This document shows, one piece after another, positions 24,978-32,000 of a DNA stretch of 32,000 bases. The DNA is from Dickeya solani IPO 2222 (GTDB taxonomy: Bacteria > Pseudomonadota > Gammaproteobacteria > Enterobacterales > Enterobacteriaceae). Within the stretch, counting starts at the first letter, position 1, and each line of letters starts with the position of its first letter. The translations under genes were made by a program, and so were the position numbers. The DNA lies in the NCBI RefSeq assembly GCF_001644705.1, contig NZ_CP015137.1, positions 2,670,001-2,702,000 on the forward strand. Direction: 5' to 3'. The notes below the pieces were generated by a model. The model did not search any database and was not told where the DNA came from. It worked only from the letters and a program-made list of their open reading frames with translations.

Positions 24978-26234
24978 TTAGCTCGCCGCCGGCATCGGCG
25001 TTTGTTGGTCGTGCCCGAGCATTTGTTGCACCAGTTCCACACAACGCAGGAATCGGCTGTCGTAGTCTGATTCGGTGACGTGAACATACGGCACGTTATT
25101 TTCCGCCAGCATATTTTTGAGCACATCCTGAAACGCTTTGCGATCCGCCGCGTTGCCCAGACTGCGCAGGCCGTCCGCCACCCAGGGGGTGTTGTTCTCC
25201 AGCAGAATCACCAGATCAAAGCGGTACTCTTCCACCAGCGCCTGTACGAACGGGTGTTCACGGCCTTCGTATTTTTTGCAAAACGCCTGCGTGGTGATGA
25301 AATCGGTGTCGATAAACGCCACCTTATTGGCGTATTTCACAGCGAAATCAATGTACTGGGCCTGTCCGAGCGCGATTTTGTCGTAATCCGAATACTGCAA
25401 CGCCATTTCGTCGCCGCCCAGGTGGGAAAACACGTAATCGCGGCCGTATTCCCAGGCGCTGGTGGTATTGAAAATGTTGGCCAGCTTGTTGACCAGCGTG
25501 GACTTGCCGCTGGACTCGCCGCCCAGAACCGCCACGGTGCGCACGAAAAACGGTTTCACCTCGGTGGGGATATATTCCCAGTAGCGGAACGGATCCTGAC
25601 GGATCTGCGCGCCGCTGATGCTCATGAAGGAGCGTTTGGGGTCGATCAGCACGGTTTCGATACCGAGATGCTCTTTGTACTGCAGAGCGTCCTGCTCTTC
25701 GCTGGTGTAGACGTAGCGGGGATCGATGCCTTTTCCCGACATGAACTGTTTGATGCCGCGACTCCACACGTCCCAGCCGTGCGGGTAGGGTTCCATGCCC
25801 TGTTCGTTGAAGGCGTGAATATGGATATTTTTCTGATACTTGAAGGTTTGCAGCAGCCAGCGCAGGCGGTCGCTTACGGTGGGCTGTTGCGACATGGAAC
25901 TGTGCTCGAACAGCAAACGGTCGCGCGGTTCGTCGTAGCCCAGAATCACGTGCAGTTCGTCCACCTGGCTGCAGGCGCGCTGAATCAGGTAAATGTGGCC
26001 GGTGTGCAGCGGATAAAACTTGCCGAACACCACGCCGATGCTTTTTTGCTGATAAGGGAATTCCAGCTCCAGAAAGCGGTGCAGCGACTCCAGCTTCTGG
26101 GCGCTGGGGCTTTTGATTTTGGCGTTGAGCAACTGGCTCAGGTAGCCTTTGGTCATACCCGCGGCATCGGCGACCTGTTGTAGGGTACAGCCTTTTTGTC
26201 TGATGGCTGTTTTCAGGTAATCGTAGGGAGACAT
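24978..26234 (-). CDS. nadR: Trifunctional NAD biosynthesis/regulator protein NadR
   Basis: MSPYDYLKTAIRQKGCTLQQVADAAGMTKGYLSQLLNAKIKSPSAQKLESLHRFLELEFP is near-identical to E. coli NadR. NMN adenylyltransferase motif GKFYPLHTGH, and Walker A GGESSGKST in the RN kinase domain. Confidence 0.96.
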   Translation of the reverse strand: MSPYDYLKTAIRQKGCTLQQVADAAGMTKGYLSQLLNAKIKSPSAQKLESLHRFLELEFPYQQKSIGVVFGKFYPLHTGHIYLIQRACSQVDELHVILGYDEPRDRLLFEHSSMSQQPTVSDRLRWLLQTFKYQKNIHIHAFNEQGMEPYPHGWDVWSRGIKQFMSGKGIDPRYVYTSEEQDALQYKEHLGIETVLIDPKRSFMSISGAQIRQDPFRYWEYIPTEVKPFFVRTVAVLGGESSGKSTLVNKLANIFNTTSAWEYGRDYVFSHLGGDEMALQYSDYDKIALGQAQYIDFAVKYANKVAFIDTDFITTQAFCKKYEGREHPFVQALVEEYRFDLVILLENNTPWVADGLRSLGNAADRKAFQDVLKNMLAENNVPYVHVTESDYDSRFLRCVELVQQMLGHDQQTPMPAAS

Positions 26235-26303
26235 GGTCTGACACTCCGGTGTGGCGGATGATGTGCTTATGGTAAAGCGCTGGCTGGCAAAACCTAATGA
26301 AAA

Positions 26304-27689
26304 TTACAGATCATCAAGGATCGTCAGCGCGTCCGACAATTTTTTCACACCCATCACCTGCATGTTGGCGGGCGGTTTTTTCGGCATATTGGCAAACGGC
26401 ACGATGGCGCGCTTAAAGCCGTGCTTGGCGGCTTCGGTGATGCGTTCCTGACCGCTCGGCACCGGGCGGATTTCCCCGGCCAGCCCGACTTCGCCGAACA
26501 CCACCAGATCCTGCGGCAGCGGCCGATCGCGGAAGCTGGACACCAGCGACAGCAGCAGCGCCAGGTCGGCGCTGGTTTCCGTTACCTTGACGCCGCCCAC
26601 CACGTTGACGAACACGTCCTGATCCGACATTTGCAACCCGCCGTGACGGTGCAGCACCGCCAGCAAGATCGCCAGCCGGTTCTGTTCCAGCCCGACCGCC
26701 ACCCGACGCGGATTCGCCATCATCGACTGGTCCACCAGCGCCTGAATTTCCACCAGCAATGGCCGGGTGCCTTCCCACACCACCATCACCGAACTGCCGG
26801 AGGTGATTTCATCGCCCCGGCTCAGGAAGATGGCAGACGGATTGTTGATTTCCCGCAGCCCCTGTTCGGTCATGGCGAATACGCCCAGCTCATTGACGGC
26901 GCCGAAGCGGTTCTTGTGGCTGCGTAGGGTACGAAAACGGGAGTCGGCGTCGCCGTCCAGCAGCACCGAACAATCGATACAGTGCTCCAGCACTTTCGGG
27001 CCGGCCAGCGAGCCGTCTTTGGTGACGTGGCCGACCATGATGATGGCGACGCCGCGGGTTTTGGCGAAGCGCGTCAGGTAGGCGGCGGTTTCCCGCACCT
27101 GCGCCACGCTGCCGGGAGACGACTGAATGTCCGCCAGATGCATCACCTGAATGGAGTCGATCACCATCAGTTTCGGCTGTTCCTGCTCGGCAATCAGGCA
27201 GATCTGCTCGATGCTGGTTTCCGACAGCATGTTGATGTGCTGGGCGGGCAGACTGAGACGGTGGGCGCGCATCGCCACCTGCTGCAGGGATTCCTCGCCG
27301 GTGACATACAGGGTTTTCATCTGTTCGGCCAGTTTGCACAGCGTTTGCAGCAACAGGGTACTTTTGCCGGCGCCGGGGTTGCCGCCGATCAGAATGGCGC
27401 TGCCGGGCACTACGCCGCCGCCCAGCACCCGGTCGAATTCCTGAAAGCCGGTGGAGAAACGCGGTAGCGCTTCCAGGCTGATTTCCGACAGTTTCTGTAC
27501 CCGGCTGACGTTGCCGCTGTCCCCGGCGTAGCCGGAGAAACGGTCGCTGCGTGACGAGGAAGACGCGGCGGCCAGACGTACCTCGGTGATGGTGTTCCAG
27601 GCGTGACAGGCGCTGCACTGCCCCTGCCAGCGCGGATAGTCGGCCCCGCATTCATTACAGACAAAGGCGCGTTTGACGGCTTTGGCCAT
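26304..27689 (-). CDS. radA: DNA repair protein RadA (Sms)
   Basis: N-terminal zinc finger (FVCNECGADYPRWQGQCSACHAWNT), Walker A GNPGAGKST, the KNRFG motif and a Lon-like C-terminal domain. 461 aa. Strong AAGGAGG SD. Confidence 0.96.
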   Translation of the reverse strand: MAKAVKRAFVCNECGADYPRWQGQCSACHAWNTITEVRLAAASSSSRSDRFSGYAGDSGNVSRVQKLSEISLEALPRFSTGFQEFDRVLGGGVVPGSAILIGGNPGAGKSTLLLQTLCKLAEQMKTLYVTGEESLQQVAMRAHRLSLPAQHINMLSETSIEQICLIAEQEQPKLMVIDSIQVMHLADIQSSPGSVAQVRETAAYLTRFAKTRGVAIIMVGHVTKDGSLAGPKVLEHCIDCSVLLDGDADSRFRTLRSHKNRFGAVNELGVFAMTEQGLREINNPSAIFLSRGDEITSGSSVMVVWEGTRPLLVEIQALVDQSMMANPRRVAVGLEQNRLAILLAVLHRHGGLQMSDQDVFVNVVGGVKVTETSADLALLLSLVSSFRDRPLPQDLVVFGEVGLAGEIRPVPSGQERITEAAKHGFKRAIVPFANMPKKPPANMQVMGVKKLSDALTILDDL

Positions 27690-27698
27690 GAATTACCT

Positions 27699-27760
27699 CC
27701 TTTTTACTACTCTTTACTGCATCTGCTTTTTACTACGTCTGCTCTTTACTGCATCTCTGT
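27699..27760. repeat. Imperfect tandem duplication (about 26-34 bp composite unit, twice) in the serB-radA spacer / radA 5' UTR
   Basis: ctttttactac-tctttactgcatctg followed by ctttttactacgtctgc-tctttactgcatctctg. It ends just upstream of the radA SD on the minus strand. Confidence 0.8.
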
Positions 27761-27770
27761 ACGGCGAGGC

Positions 27771-28748
27771 TTAGCTTTTTTCATGCCTCAGGCTGCCGCT
27801 GAGAATGCACAGCACGCCGGTCAGGTCGGCATGGCGGATGCTGACCGCGCTCTGCTCGTTGACTTTAGGTTTGGCGTGATAGGCGATGCCCAGCCCGGCC
27901 GCCTTGATCATCAGCAGGTCGTTGGCGCCGTCGCCGATGGCGACCGTCTGGTGCGACGGGATCGCCAGCTTTTCCGCCAACTGACGCAGCGTATCCGCTT
28001 TATATTTCGCATCGACGATCGGGCCAACCACGTCGCCGGTCAGTTTGCCGTCGCGCATGCCCATTTCGTTGGCGACCGCCGCCACCAGCCCGAGTTCATC
28101 ACGCAGGTAATCGGCGAAATAGGTGAAGCCGCCGGAGGCGATGGCCAGATGCCAGCCCGCGTCCTGCAACTGTTTGACCATGTTTTTCAGGCCCGGCATC
28201 AGCGGCAGGGCGTCCCGCACCTGACGCAGAATGTTGGCGTCCGCGCCTTTCAGGGTGCCGACGCGCTGACGCAGGCTGGCGGAGAAATCCAGCTCGCCGC
28301 GCATGGCGCGCTCGGTGACTTCCGCCACCTGTTCGCCGGTGCCCGCCAGTTTGGCGATTTCATCGATACATTCGATCTGGATCGCGGTGGAATCCATGTC
28401 CATCACCAGCAGGCCGGGCGAACGCAGACTCGGGGTATTGTACATCGGCGTCACGTCCAGCCCCAGTTCGTGGGCTACCTTGGTGATGCGCGGCGTCAGG
28501 ATGCCGGCCAGTCGCACTACCTGATAGTCATCCACGCTCCAGGCGCTGACGATCACCATCGGTTCATCCAGACGGCGCTGAATGCGGGATAACAGATATT
28601 TGTCGAGCACGTCGCCGTACATCAGCCAACCGGTATTGCCGGCGCGGTAGTCGAGCGGCATCACCTCGTCGTCACTCAGCGAGAGCGGTAAATTTGGCCA
28701 GCAGTTGATCTCATCGGGCAGATCGCTATAGGTCAAACGGTTCGACAT
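27771..28748 (-). CDS. serB: Phosphoserine phosphatase
   Basis: ...LLVMDMDSTAIQIECIDEIAKLAGTGEQVAEVTERAMRGELDF.ASLR.RV.TLKGADA...AIGDGANDL.MIKAAGLGIAYHAKPKVNE matches E. coli SerB (HAD motifs). Confidence 0.96.
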   Translation of the reverse strand: MSNRLTYSDLPDEINCWPNLPLSLSDDEVMPLDYRAGNTGWLMYGDVLDKYLLSRIQRRLDEPMVIVSAWSVDDYQVVRLAGILTPRITKVAHELGLDVTPMYNTPSLRSPGLLVMDMDSTAIQIECIDEIAKLAGTGEQVAEVTERAMRGELDFSASLRQRVGTLKGADANILRQVRDALPLMPGLKNMVKQLQDAGWHLAIASGGFTYFADYLRDELGLVAAVANEMGMRDGKLTGDVVGPIVDAKYKADTLRQLAEKLAIPSHQTVAIGDGANDLLMIKAAGLGIAYHAKPKVNEQSAVSIRHADLTGVLCILSGSLRHEKS

Positions 28749-28877
28749 GGGCTAAATATCCTTTCCTGCGGGTAGTGATGAATTGACGGGGTGGACGGTC
28801 ACAAATCAACGCAACAAGCTATCCTATCGCCAACGCTTCTGGCAACATGAAAGTATCCAAATCGCGCAGGTATTCCC

Positions 28878-29558
28878 ATGGTTCGGGCCCGGATAAAATT
28901 TCGCTTACATCGTACGGCCATTGTGCTGATCTGCCTGGCTCTGTTGGTGGTGTTGCTACAGGGCGCGTCCTATTTCAGCCTCAGTCATCAGATGGCCCGT
29001 TCCGAGCAAGTGGAAGAGCTGGCGCGCACGCTGGTGCGGCAGGTGGCGTTTAGCCTGACGCCGCTGATGGAAAGCAACAGCGACAACAGCGGTAGAATAC
29101 AGGAAACGCTGCGACAGCTTACCGACCACAGCCGTATTCTGGATGCCGCCTTATACCAGCAGGATGGCACGCTGGTGGCGCGCGCCGGCGAACAGATTGA
29201 GGTGCGCGACCGGCTGGCGCTGGATGGCAGCCGCGCCGGTAGCTACTTCAACCACCAACTGGTGGAGCCGGTCAACAGTAAGGACGGGCCGATCGGTTTT
29301 CTGCGCATTACGCTGGATACCCACGTGCTGGCGACCGAAGCCCGTCAGGTGGACAATACCACCAACATTCTGCGGCTGATGGTGCTGATGGCGCTGGCCA
29401 TCGGCATTATTCTGGCCCGCACCCTGTTGCAGCATCGCCGTTCCCGCTGGCAGCAGTCGCCCTATCTGCTGACGGCCAACGCGCCGGTGCAGGACGATGA
29501 TCCGGCTAACGATGATGAACCCTCCGCGCAGGATGAGGATCAGACCCGTAAACCCTGA
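28878..29558 (+). CDS. ytjB: Membrane protein Smp / YtjB (AhpA-like)
   Basis: M.R.(K/R)IKFRLHR..IVL.CLALLV.L.QGAS.FS..HQ...EELARTL.RQV...ILDA..Y...G.L.AR.GE..EVRDRLALDG..AG.YFN.Q.VEP...LTLDTH.LATEA.QVDNTTNILRLM matches E. coli Smp. Divergent from serB, as in E. coli. Confidence 0.9.
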   Translation: MVRARIKFRLHRTAIVLICLALLVVLLQGASYFSLSHQMARSEQVEELARTLVRQVAFSLTPLMESNSDNSGRIQETLRQLTDHSRILDAALYQQDGTLVARAGEQIEVRDRLALDGSRAGSYFNHQLVEPVNSKDGPIGFLRITLDTHVLATEARQVDNTTNILRLMVLMALAIGIILARTLLQHRRSRWQQSPYLLTANAPVQDDDPANDDEPSAQDEDQTRKP

Positions 29559-29572
29559 GATGGGTTGCTGTA

Positions 29573-30349
29573 TCACTGGCGTTTTGTCGCCACCATGAAC
29601 AGGCGCGGATAGGTCAACAGGCTATTGCCGTCCGCCTGAGCCGGGTAGGCCGTTTGCAGACACAACTGGTACTGTTGCAGAAAATCCTGCTGTTCCTGTT
29701 CGTTCAGCTCCGCCAGAAACGGACGCAGACCGGTGCCTGTCAACCACTCGATGATGGCCTGCGGCCCGCCCATCACGTGATAATAGGTGGTGTGCCAGAT
29801 ATCCACGTCGCAACCGTGACTGACCAGCAGATCGTAGTATTGCCCGGTACTGAGCAGCGCCTGCCTGACCTGCTCCACATCACCGAATCGTTCCCACCAC
29901 GGCCCTTCGGCGGCGATCTTGCGCATGAGTTGATGCGTGGGCTGGCTGAGGGTATCCGGCATTTGCACCGCCAGTACGCCGCCCGGCGCCAGGTTGTCGA
30001 TCAGCGCGGGCAGCAGCCGGTGGTGATCCGCCAACCATTGCAGCGATGCGTTGGCGTAGATGATGTCCTGCGGCGCATCCGGCCGCCAACCGGCGATGTC
30101 CGTCTCCTGAAACGTGCAGCCCGGCAGGCGTTGCCGCGCCTGTTGTAGCATGGCGCTTGAGTTGTCCACGCCGGTGACCCGCGCCTGCGGCCACGCCTGA
30201 TGCAGCAGCTCGGTACTGTTGCCGGGGCCACAGCCCAGATCGGTGATGGCAATGGGAGCGGGATGGGAAATGCGGGATAACAGTTCAAGGGCGGGGCGGG
30301 TACGTTCGCCGGCAAAGCGCAGGTAAAGCTCGGGGTTCCAGTCTTGCAT
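29573..30349 (-). CDS. tam: Trans-aconitate 2-methyltransferase
   Basis: MQDWNPELYLRFAGERTRPALELL...DLGCGPGNSTELL...ANASLQWL.DH..L.P.L...L.P.GVLAVQMPD...DIW.TTYYH.M....AI..W...TGLRPFL matches E. coli Tam. I prefer the ATG at 30349, with AGAGGA about 7 nt upstream. An alternative ATG lies at 30355. Confidence 0.9.
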   Translation of the reverse strand: MQDWNPELYLRFAGERTRPALELLSRISHPAPIAITDLGCGPGNSTELLHQAWPQARVTGVDNSSAMLQQARQRLPGCTFQETDIAGWRPDAPQDIIYANASLQWLADHHRLLPALIDNLAPGGVLAVQMPDTLSQPTHQLMRKIAAEGPWWERFGDVEQVRQALLSTGQYYDLLVSHGCDVDIWHTTYYHVMGGPQAIIEWLTGTGLRPFLAELNEQEQQDFLQQYQLCLQTAYPAQADGNSLLTYPRLFMVATKRQ

Positions 30350-30481
30350 AGCCATATCCTCTGCAGGGTGGTGCGATGGGTAAAGCCGAGGAGTAGCAGC
30401 ATAAGAAGTTAGGGCGGTTTTTTCCATCCGCCATCGGGAAAAGCAGCACAATCGGTCCCTGGTTGCGCTGCGAAGCGCCGG

Positions 30482-30754
30482 TTACCCCAACTGTTGCTGG
30501 AACTGCTGCCACTGGTTCTGCAACCCATCAATGTTCTGCTGTTCCCAGTCGCTGTCGTAGGACGAGGTCTTCAGGTAGTGACTGAAACTGTCGAACCAGC
30601 CGTCAACGTTGCCGCCGCTTGCCAGCGCGAAGATTTGCTGGCGTTTGACCTGCAAATCGCTGGTGCCGGTGTTGTATTTCTGTAGCTGGCTTTGCGCCCA
30701 CACCGCGCGAGCGGTGTCTCCCACTTCAATGCCAATGCGGTATTCCCCTTCCAT
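30482..30754 (-). CDS. Hypothetical protein (90 aa, Q-rich C-terminus); either the distal ORF of a TGATG-coupled pair or the C-terminal part of a frameshifted gene
   Basis: The ATG at 30754-30752 shares one base with the upstream ORF's TGA (30756-30754). Codon usage looks host-like. This frame stays open for about 19 codons upstream of the ATG (RNAGPLAPRHTDEDTIGKAL-M). No family recognised. Confidence 0.5.
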   Translation of the reverse strand: MEGEYRIGIEVGDTARAVWAQSQLQKYNTGTSDLQVKRQQIFALASGGNVDGWFDSFSHYLKTSSYDSDWEQQNIDGLQNQWQQFQQQLG

Positions 30755-30963
30755 CAGCGCCTTGCCGATGGTGTCTTCATCGGTGTGGCGTGGTGCCAGC
30801 GGGCCAGCGTTTCTTCAGACACCTTGATGCTGGCGGGGAATTCAATGGTTTTTCCGGTCAGGGGATCGATTTTCGTCGCATCGGTGCTTTGCGCGGCGTC
30901 GGATGGCGTGGTGTTCTGGGGTTGAGAACTGCTATAACCCGTATTGGTAACAGACAGACTCAT
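30754..30963 (-). CDS. Hypothetical protein (69 aa, S/T/Q/N-rich N-terminus)
   Basis: A strong SD (AAGGAGAGAGT) lies directly upstream of the ATG at 30963. MSLSVTNTGYSSSQPQNTTPSDAAQSTDATKIDPLTGKTIEFPASIKVSEETLARW... No family recognised. Confidence 0.55.
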   Translation of the reverse strand: MSLSVTNTGYSSSQPQNTTPSDAAQSTDATKIDPLTGKTIEFPASIKVSEETLARWHHATPMKTPSARR

Positions 30964-31074
30964 ACTCTCTCCTTAACTATGATAAGCGTTAGCCTGTCTG
31001 TTATCGGTAAGTGTAAAAGAGATCTTTACAAATGTTTCAGAATGTTATTATCAGGCGACGTACCTACATGCGCT

Positions 31075-31137
31075 GTTTGCGTTATCACCGAGGGTGTTTA
31101 CGTTATGGTCGATCGTGTTTACGTTATGATTGATTGT
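31075..31137. repeat. Three tandem 21-bp units in the intergenic region upstream of prfC and the small-ORF pair
   Basis: gtttgcgttatcaccgagggt (31075-31095), gtttacgttatggtcgatcgt (31096-31116), gtttacgttatgattgattgt (31117-31137). A further degenerate run (cttatttatgtctgtcg / ctacttatgcctgtca / cttaagcctgtgtg) follows at about 31169-31215. Confidence 0.8.
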
Positions 31138-31395
31138 GCCGGGCTGGCAAATCGGGGAAAATGGACGGCTTATTTATGTCTGTCGCTACTTATGCCTGTC
31201 ACTTAAGCCTGTGTGGGGGAAAACGCGTGTAAAAGTGCTTAATGGAATCTCTCAGCCATGCGGCCGCGCTTACTGCGTGTGCTGATGGCTTAACTGATTG
31301 GCATTAGACAGCTTGATGTCTGTATTTTCCGCTTTGCCTGATGCGGCGTGCGATGCGCGTGTCGGGCGGCTAACTATTAAAGAAGCCTGAATAAC

Positions 31396-32000
31396 ATGTC
31401 TCCAAGTGAATACGCACGCGAAGTCTCGAAACGTCGGACATTCGCCATTATCTCTCACCCCGACGCCGGTAAAACCACCATTACGGAAAAGGTGCTGCTG
31501 TTCGGACAGGCGATTCAGGTCGCCGGTACGGTGAAAGGACGCGGCTCCAGCCAGCACGCCAAATCCGACTGGATGGAGATGGAAAAGCAGCGTGGTATCT
31601 CGATTACCACCTCGGTGATGCAGTTTCCTTACCATGAATGCCTGGTCAACCTGCTGGATACGCCGGGGCACGAAGACTTTTCCGAAGACACCTACCGTAC
31701 GCTGACCGCCGTCGACTGCTGCCTGATGGTGATCGACGCCGCCAAGGGCGTTGAGGATCGGACCCGCAAGCTGATGGAAGTCACCCGTCTGCGCGACACG
31801 CCGATCCTGACCTTTATGAACAAGCTCGACCGCGATATCCGCGACCCGATGGAAGTGCTGGACGAAGTGGAAAGGGAGCTGCACATCGCCTGTGCGCCGA
31901 TTACCTGGCCGATCGGCTGCGGTAAGCTGTTCAAGGGCGTGTACCACCTCTACAAGGATGAAACCTATCTTTATCAGAGTGGTATGGGACACACCATTCA
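31396..32000 (+). CDS. prfC: Peptide chain release factor 3 (RF3), 5' portion; continues beyond the window
   Basis: Manual translation from the ATG at 31396 gives [79 protein letters not shown]...[44 protein letters not shown]...NKLDRD, near-identical to E. coli PrfC with G1-G4 GTPase motifs. It is not in the ORF track because there is no stop codon within the window. Confidence 0.95.
   Translation, partial: MSPSEYAREVSKRRTFAIISHPDAGKTTITEKVLLFGQAIQVAGTVKGRGSSQHAKSDWMEMEKQRGISITTSVMQFPYHECLVNLLDTPGHEDFSEDTYRTLTAVDCCLMVIDAAKGVEDRTRKLMEVTRLRDTPILTFMNKLDRDIRDPMEVLDEVERELHIACAPITWPIGCGKLFKGVYHLYKDETYLYQSGMGHTI

Noticed and set aside
30964-31300. Hrp-box (GGAACC-N15/16-CCACNNA) upstream of the S/T-rich small ORF, to support a type III effector or harpin idea
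   Set aside because: Reading both strands of the upstream region, I found no GGAACC/GGTTCC element with a suitably spaced CCAC. The secretion-signal idea rests on composition only.
31270-31992. 240-aa minus-strand ORF, the only track ORF at the right end
   Set aside because: It is antisense to the prfC 5' region. The plus-strand translation from 31396 is near-identical to RF3 with all GTPase motifs. prfC is missing from the track only because it has no in-window stop codon.

Overview
This window looks like a GC-rich Enterobacterales chromosome, probably Pectobacteriaceae-like (Dickeya/Brenneria-type). That placement is inferred from gene content and similarity to E. coli proteins recalled from memory; nothing was computed. 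It is almost entirely conserved housekeeping or catabolic DNA.

Gene order, left to right:
- an MFS transporter (-)
- a YedJ-like HD phosphohydrolase (+), with a full ERIC/IRU repeat just upstream
- a YiaJ-like IclR regulator (+)
- a methyl-accepting chemotaxis protein (-) with a good sigma-28 promoter match
- the L-rhamnose cluster rhaM-rhaD-rhaA-rhaB (-) divergent from rhaS-rhaR (+), with recognisable CRP/RhaS-type promoter architecture
- a 4-gene family-5 (peptide/nickel/opine type) ABC importer (-)
- yagU-like DUF1440 (-) and a small unknown gene (+)
- ubiI-ubiH-pepP-ygfB (-)
- zapA-ssrS (6S RNA)-ygfA (+)
- nadR-radA-serB (-)
- ytjB/smp (+)
- tam (-)
- two small overlapping unknown ORFs (-)
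- the 5' part of prfC (+, runs off the right edge and is absent from the ORF track)

I found no CRISPR array, tRNA, rRNA, IS element, integrase or recognisable defence or secretion module, and no convincing novel multi-gene system.

The features that the gene annotation does not explain are:
1. Many short (14-21 bp) near-perfect tandem duplications in non-coding or terminal-coding positions. Four sit in the rha locus, where they touch the rhaD stop, the rhaM start/SD, the rhaB 5' UTR and the rhaS -10 region. Another encodes an in-frame hexapeptide repeat at the start of an ABC permease.
2. A coding-like 63-codon ORF filling the rhaD-rhaM spacer.
3. A TGATG-coupled (or frameshifted) pair of small ORFs of unknown function next to tam.
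4. An inverted pair of ERIC-like elements bracketing an AT-rich divergent promoter.
5. An AT-rich spacer after rhaR with a long hairpin and a gene-remnant-like ORF.

All of these are modest-interest leads that need comparative or experimental checks.
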